A stretch of 32,000 nucleotides of DNA. It comes from Nonlabens ponticola (GTDB taxonomy: Bacteria; Bacteroidota; Bacteroidia; Flavobacteriales; Flavobacteriaceae). The DNA is taken from the NCBI RefSeq assembly GCF_003966335.1, contig NZ_CP034549.1:2340001-2372000 (forward strand). Direction: 5' to 3'. This document shows, in pieces, positions 27,544 to 32,000 of the stretch (positions are counted from its first letter, which is position 1; every line of letters starts with the position of its first letter). The position numbers and the translations under genes are program-made. The notes beneath the pieces were generated by a model that saw nothing but the letters and a program-made list of their open reading frames with translations, was not told the DNA's origin and ran no database searches.

Positions 27544-28697
27544 TAATACACCAGCGTTTTATGAAACCTCAATGGTAGATCTGCTAGTAGATTTGCAATC
27601 TTCAAGCCGCTATTACCACCGCCATAAACATTAGAAGAGCCAGGTCTTTCCTGAACAGCGATTTTTTCAAGGGCAGATACAATTTCTTCTTTATTATAAT
27701 CAGCGTCAATAACATTGTTACCACGTTCCCTGCGATTTTGTCGTGTACCAATATTTACCACAGGAACACCTAGAAAGGCGCATTCTCTTATCCCAACGCT
27801 GCTATTTCCAATAAGAGCGTTGCAATTATTTAGGAGTTTTAGAAAATCGTGTGGCTCCATATTTTTAAAGAAATGGAATCTTTGAGCAGGAAATTTCTCT
27901 CTAAAGGATCGAATACCTTTGGATGTCCCATCAGAACCAGCATCTACATTAGGCCAAAACCATAAAACTGGTTTTTCAGTCTCTTGCATAGCATAGAGCG
28001 TTTCTTCTATTTGCTTTCGCGAAAGCGCATACTCAGAAGATACTGGGTGCTGCATCACGACATAGTACCCGTTATCTAGATCTTGGATCTCTCCTACTCC
28101 ACCATACTTGGCAAAAGGATCAAAGTCAAGTTTACCATCGTCCTTTACATCAATAGCAAGATCAATAGATGGACATCCTGTATTATGAACCATTGATGCT
28201 TCTTCTCCTAGTTTTATGACTCTTTCTCGTGCACCATCAGAAGCTACGAAGTGATAATCTGCAAGTTTTGTGATAGCGTGTCTAACTTTCTCATCGATAT
28301 TTCCAGTCACCTCACCACCTTGTATATGTGCTAGTGGAATATTCATATAACTCGCAGCAATTGCCGTGGCCATGGTTTCATAACGGTCTGCTATGGTGAC
28401 CACAACATCGGGCTGTAAGTTTTCGAAAACGGTTGAAAGTTCTAGAATACCTATCCCTGTAGTTTTTGCCGCCGCAGTTAAGTTTTGTCCTTCAAGGACA
28501 TTGAATACTTTGGCAGTAATGGTAAATCCATCACTCTCAATATTCTTTATGGCATTACCATATCTATCCAACAAAGCAGAGGCTGCAACGACTAGTTGCA
28601 ATTCTAGATTAGGATGGTCAACTATTGCCTGTAACGCTGTTTTAATACGACTGTAGGATGGTCTTGCCGTTACTACAACACAAATTTTTCTTTTCAT
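27543..28697 (-). CDS. neuC: UDP-HexNAc 2-epimerase, hydrolysing type (NeuC/LegG family)
   Basis: MKRKICVVVTARPSYSRIK... resembles NeuC-type epimerases. The ATG at 28697 forms an ATGA overlap with the neuB stop, whereas the track start at 28733 adds 12 unlikely residues. Confidence 0.85.
   Translation of the reverse strand: MKRKICVVVTARPSYSRIKTALQAIVDHPNLELQLVVAASALLDRYGNAIKNIESDGFTITAKVFNVLEGQNLTAAAKTTGIGILELSTVFENLQPDVVVTIADRYETMATAIAASYMNIPLAHIQGGEVTGNIDEKVRHAITKLADYHFVASDGARERVIKLGEEASMVHNTGCPSIDLAIDVKDDGKLDFDPFAKYGGVGEIQDLDNGYYVVMQHPVSSEYALSRKQIEETLYAMQETEKPVLWFWPNVDAGSDGTSKGIRSFREKFPAQRFHFFKNMEPHDFLKLLNNCNALIGNSSVGIRECAFLGVPVVNIGTRQNRRERGNNVIDADYNKEEIVSALEKIAVQERPGSSNVYGGGNSGLKIANLLADLPLRFHKTLVY
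28013..28026. repeat. Iterated palindrome copy 4: GCTTTCGCGAAAGC (14 nt)
   Basis: Exact core. It lies inside neuC in the third codon phase, encoding ALSRKQ. Confidence 0.95.
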
Positions 28698-29698
28698 AAT
28701 CCTTTTACATGTTCTTGCTTGAGAAAGTCCCATTGCTTCAAGTTACTAGTAAGGGTTTTTCCCAATACTTGTTCAAAAGCATTAGCATTTATCCCTTGTT
28801 TAGCTGGTTTTTTTGCTTCCAGGTCTTCTAGTTTGATGACATCGCCTATCGACATGTCTTTGTTAACTGCAAGGGTTTTTTCAAAAATTTTTTTCACCTC
28901 TTTAAATCTAGAGAAGTCTTCCTTATAATCGACGGCACAGGCAAGATCGTGATGTATTTGCTTTACGCCGTTAACCATCTTCTTGATTTCCTCGATGGTA
29001 AGTGAAGCTTGCGCATCTGGACCAAACATGGTTTTATCAAAAACTGCATGAAACTCGAGCATTTCAGCACCCAACGATGTTGCAGCAAGACAGGCATAAA
29101 TGTCACCACTATGGTCAGAAAAGCCTACTGGCAAACTATATCGCTTTTTTAATTCAGGAATTAAATGTAAACCCCATTCACCTGCTGGGCATGGATATGA
29201 CGTTGTACATTGAAATAATGAAAGATCTACATTTGCCTTTTTAAGAAAATCTACGGTCTTGTCTAATTCTTCATAACTACTCATACCAGAGGACACGAGC
29301 ATAGGTTTATTAGTTTGTGCAATTTTATCCAGCATCAATAGATTTGTAATCTCACCGCTACCTATCTTATATCGTTTAACACCTAGACGCTCCAGTAATT
29401 CTACCGCAGCTATACTGAAGGGTGATGACAAGAACTCTATACTTACGTCATCGCAATGCTTTTTAAGTCCTATCCACTGCTCCTCTGTAAATTGCATACG
29501 CTTCCAGTAATCATATCTAGTAGCATCCTCGTATGAAAAATTAACTCTAAAAGGCTCTGCATGAGAGCTTTCAGCCTCGGCGATATGAGTTTGAAATTTT
29601 ATCGCGGTAATACCTGTATCTGCCAGCGCATCTATGTAAGAATGTGCAATGCCTAGGCTACCATCATGTGCCTGGGCAATTTCTGCTATTAAATCCAT
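28694..29698 (-). CDS. neuB: N-acetylneuraminate / nonulosonate synthase (NeuB family, with a C-terminal SAF domain)
   Basis: 334 aa. It contains MDLIAEIAQAHDGSLGIAHSYIDA...AIKFQTH and a C-terminal SAF-like segment (IGDVIKLEDLEAKKP). Confidence 0.88.
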   Translation of the reverse strand: MDLIAEIAQAHDGSLGIAHSYIDALADTGITAIKFQTHIAEAESSHAEPFRVNFSYEDATRYDYWKRMQFTEEQWIGLKKHCDDVSIEFLSSPFSIAAVELLERLGVKRYKIGSGEITNLLMLDKIAQTNKPMLVSSGMSSYEELDKTVDFLKKANVDLSLFQCTTSYPCPAGEWGLHLIPELKKRYSLPVGFSDHSGDIYACLAATSLGAEMLEFHAVFDKTMFGPDAQASLTIEEIKKMVNGVKQIHHDLACAVDYKEDFSRFKEVKKIFEKTLAVNKDMSIGDVIKLEDLEAKKPAKQGINANAFEQVLGKTLTSNLKQWDFLKQEHVKGL

Positions 29699-29794
29699 AA
29701 TAGTCTATTGTTAAAATGCTTTAAAAATTTCATGGATATACACCTTTATTTCAAAGAGCTTAATTGTACTACTCTTACAGATTTACTGATGGAT

Positions 29795-31009
29795 TTACTT
29801 TACGACACCTGCAAAATCAAGCACCACCTTGTCAGCATCTTTAGGTAAATCGTAAAATTCTTTATGTGCTACTAGGTAGACTATAATGTCCGCTTTCGCG
29901 AAAGCGGTATTATAATCAGTCAATTTAAACACCTTATGATCTTCAATATTAGGCTCAACGATATAGTATTCCTCATCGTTTGAATCTTGAAGAACTTTTT
30001 GTGCAATGTACTTAGCTGGAGACTCTCTAAGATCATCAATATTGGGTTTGAATGCAAGCCCCATTAAAGCAATTTTAGGTAATCTACCATGGTCTAGTCT
30101 AAATTGTAATTTAGCATTCTTTACCTGCTCTGCACACCAGAATGATTTGTAATTATTGATTTCTCTAGCCTTACCAATAATCTGTGATTCCATCGGGAAA
30201 TCAGCAACTATAAAATACGGGTCGACGGCAATACAATGACCACCTACACCACAACCCGGTTGTAAGATATTGACTCGTGGATGCTTATTGGCAAGTTTGA
30301 TTAGTTCCCAGACGTTGATATCAGCTTTGGCGCAGATCAACGATAGTTCATTAGCAAACGCTATTTGAACGTCTCTAGAGCTATTCTCAACAAGTTTACA
30401 CATCTCTGCAGTGCGAGCGTTAGTAGCATGCAGTTCACCATTGACATGTTGTTTGTAAAATTGCAATGCCGCTTGTGTACTTTTCTCATTGACACCACCT
30501 ATCACTCGATCGTTATTGACCAGCTCATGCATGACGTTACCAGGCAGCACACGCTCTGGACAATATGCTATATTTACTTTGCCCTCAAGCTCTGGTCGCT
30601 CATTGTAAATGAGTTCCATCATCTTCTCCGTTGTACCAATAGGTGATGTTGATTCTATAATATAAAGATCACCATCCTTAAGTAGAGGAATTATGCCACG
30701 TGTTGCTGCCTCGACAAAGGAAATGTCCGGTTCATTTTTATCCTTAAAGGGTGTAGGGACAACAATTAAGTAGGTATTTGCTTTTACTGCCTGAGTAGCT
30801 GCTTTCAAGTAACCGTCACTCACGGCCGCCGCAACTGCAGTACCTAGGTCTGGCTCAACAATATGAATCTCTCCTCTATTGATTATTTCAACAACCTCTG
30901 GATTGATATCGACCCCATGCACATAGACCTGGTTAGAGGCTATTAAGGCTGCTGTAGGCAGACCGATGTAACCCAAACCTATCATCACTACTTCTGGTTC
31001 TTTACTCAC
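29795..31009 (-). CDS. wecC: UDP-N-acetyl-D-mannosamine dehydrogenase (nucleotide-sugar dehydrogenase, WecC/Cap5O type)
   Basis: 404 aa. It contains the MIGLGYIGLPTAALIA Rossmann motif and the catalytic-Cys region GCGVGGHCIAVDP, and lies near wecB. The start is either the GTG at 31009 or the ATG at 30985. Confidence 0.8.
   Translation of the reverse strand: MSKEPEVVMIGLGYIGLPTAALIASNQVYVHGVDINPEVVEIINRGEIHIVEPDLGTAVAAAVSDGYLKAATQAVKANTYLIVVPTPFKDKNEPDISFVEAATRGIIPLLKDGDLYIIESTSPIGTTEKMMELIYNERPELEGKVNIAYCPERVLPGNVMHELVNNDRVIGGVNEKSTQAALQFYKQHVNGELHATNARTAEMCKLVENSSRDVQIAFANELSLICAKADINVWELIKLANKHPRVNILQPGCGVGGHCIAVDPYFIVADFPMESQIIGKAREINNYKSFWCAEQVKNAKLQFRLDHGRLPKIALMGLAFKPNIDDLRESPAKYIAQKVLQDSNDEEYYIVEPNIEDHKVFKLTDYNTAFAKADIIVYLVAHKEFYDLPKDADKVVLDFAGVVK
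29890..29907. repeat. Iterated palindrome copy 5: CCGCTTTCGCGAAAGCGG (18-nt perfect palindrome; core at 29892-29905)
   Basis: Exact core. It lies inside wecC and encodes T-AFAKA-D. Confidence 0.95.
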
Positions 31010-31030
31010 TCTTTATTTTTTTAATGAAAT

Positions 31031-31038
31031 CAAAATTA
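31031..31038 (-). promoter_or_regulatory. Candidate -7 box (TAnnTTTG) upstream of wecC
   Basis: The minus strand reads TAATTTTG, 21 nt upstream of the GTG at 31009, in the 101-nt divergent intergenic region. Confidence 0.35.
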
Positions 31039-31110
31039 AGAATTGTAGAATAGTTAATAGTGTTATTTGAAATAATACTTACTTTTCCCGGTTTTTAATT
31101 CATAAGCAAT

Positions 31111-31797
31111 ATGCTCAAAACCATCAAGGTTTACTATAAGGAACTTCTATCCCAAACTCTATTTCTATTATTGTTGTTTGTCGGGATTGATGCCCTGTAT
31201 GCGGTCTTACACGTCGCGCATATGGCAGGATATGTATTTCTAGATGAATTCCTAGTTAATACTGAAAGAGGATATGCAGAGGTTTATCAGTACACAAAAG
31301 AATTTTTTTGTGCTTATCTGTTGCTATACGGTGCTATTCAATATAAGTCTATTCAACGTCTAGCTTGGGGCTTATTATTTTTATACTTTTTCTTTGATGA
31401 CTCTGTGCAAATTCATGAAAATACAGACAAATGGTTTGGAGAATTTATAAACATCCCAGCGGTAGGTTCACTGCCTAAAGAAGGTGTATGGCAATTATTG
31501 ACTGGATTTTTCCTATTGGGCGTTGCTAGTCTAATGATATGGCTATCTACCAAGTATAAGGAATCTAGGAGTTTTAAACCACAATCGATGGCCTTGATCC
31601 TATGCGTTCTAGGCTTGGGTGGTTTTGCGGTCGTGTTTGATGCTATTCATGCACTGTTCAAAGGTGATGGGCAACTTGATTCTCTACTAGCGCTTATTGA
31701 AGACGCAGGTGAGATGGCGTGCGTGTCATTGAGTTTATGGGTGATATTCACTGACATCATCGAGCAACGATTTGGAATAATTAAAAAAGCTCCCTGA
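31111..31797 (+). CDS. Hypothetical polytopic membrane protein, the only plus-strand gene in the window
   Basis: 228 aa with about 6 hydrophobic segments (e.g. TLFLLLLFVGIDALYAVLHVA, LAWGLLFLYFFF, LLTGFFLLGVASLMIWL, ALILCVLGLGGFAVVF). It has an ATG start, and its stop lies inside a bidirectional terminator hairpin. No family is recognised. Confidence 0.55.
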   Translation: MLKTIKVYYKELLSQTLFLLLLFVGIDALYAVLHVAHMAGYVFLDEFLVNTERGYAEVYQYTKEFFCAYLLLYGAIQYKSIQRLAWGLLFLYFFFDDSVQIHENTDKWFGEFINIPAVGSLPKEGVWQLLTGFFLLGVASLMIWLSTKYKESRSFKPQSMALILCVLGLGGFAVVFDAIHALFKGDGQLDSLLALIEDAGEMACVSLSLWVIFTDIIEQRFGIIKKAP

Positions 31798-31813
31798 TAT
31801 AGGAAGCTTTTTT
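31783..31813. terminator. Bidirectional intrinsic terminator between the convergent membrane-protein gene and wecB
   Basis: AAAAAAGCT (31783-31791) and AGCTTTTTT (31805-31813) are exact reverse complements, separated by a 13-nt loop (CCCTGATATAGGA). The A/T runs on both sides give a U-tract in either direction. Confidence 0.6.
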
Positions 31814-31815
31814 AA

Positions 31816-32000
31816 TTAGACATTCATAATGAACTTTGCAACTCGTTCACATGCTTTTCCGTCTCCATAGGGATTATGAAGTTCACTCATTCTATTAAAT
31901 CTATCTTGATTATTTAATAAGTCTAAGGTTTCCGAGACTATTAACTCTTTATCTGTTCCTACCAGCACCACGGTTCCTGCATCGACAGCCTCTGGTCTCT
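31816..32000 (-). CDS. wecB: UDP-N-acetylglucosamine 2-epimerase (non-hydrolysing). Only the C-terminal end is present; the 5' part lies beyond the window end.
   Basis: The reverse complement reads ...RPEAVDAGTVVLVGTDKELIVSETLDLLNNQDRFNRMSELHNPYGDGKACERVAKFIMNV*, with the TAA at 31818-31816. NPYGDGKA near the C-terminus is characteristic of WecB/MnaA. Confidence 0.8.
   Translation of the reverse strand, partial: RPEAVDAGTVVLVGTDKELIVSETLDLLNNQDRFNRMSELHNPYGDGKACERVAKFIMNV

Noticed and set aside
1-32000. Mobile-element or defence-island signatures: integrase, transposase, flanking tRNA, inverted terminal repeats, CRISPR repeats, toxin-antitoxin pairs and restriction-modification genes.
   Set aside because: None was found. 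Every substantial ORF has a plausible role in polysaccharide synthesis or export, or is a surface or membrane protein. I saw no tandem or spaced direct repeats apart from the 14-nt palindrome.

Overview
The window is almost entirely one tightly packed minus-strand locus for surface polysaccharide (capsule/O-antigen type, Wzx/Wzy-dependent) biosynthesis and export. The host looks like an AT-rich Bacteroidota/Flavobacteriia-type genome: there is a T9SS C-terminal sorting domain, TAnnTTTG-type -7 boxes and no obvious Shine-Dalgarno sequences. In transcription order (high to low coordinates) the locus contains: wecB (partial); one opposite-strand membrane protein; wecC, neuB, neuC and neuA; an orphan 416-aa protein; a pyruvyl transferase; a MurJ-like flippase; an MBOAT with a DltD-like partner; and a GT-like protein. 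After a 180-nt gap come wzy, a GT4, a GT-like protein, a bi-domain oxidoreductase, a heparinase II/III-like protein and a WbuB-like GT4. These are followed by a PglC-like transferase, a PglD-like acetyltransferase, a second PglC-like transferase and a PglE-like aminotransferase. Next is a self-contained unit: a 1105-aa LTD/T9SS surface protein, a 59-aa mini-ORF absent from the ORF track, and a terminator. The locus ends with the capD/pglF-like gene, wza and wzc (partial). Many gene junctions overlap by 1, 4, 8 or 11 nt, which suggests translational coupling. I saw no rRNA, tRNA, CRISPR array, transposase or integrase. The most unusual signal is at the DNA level. An exact 14-nt palindrome, GCTTTCGCGAAAGC, occurs five times inside five unrelated genes and in all three codon phases, like a HIP1- or uptake-sequence-type iterated motif. 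Secondary points of interest are the mini-ORF with an exosortase-like tail, a lyase-fold plus oxidoreductase pair embedded in the biosynthetic operon, an orphan protein coupled to neuA, duplicated priming transferases, and a possible split legionaminic-acid pathway. All functional calls rest on motif recognition by eye and on gene context. No homology search was run.
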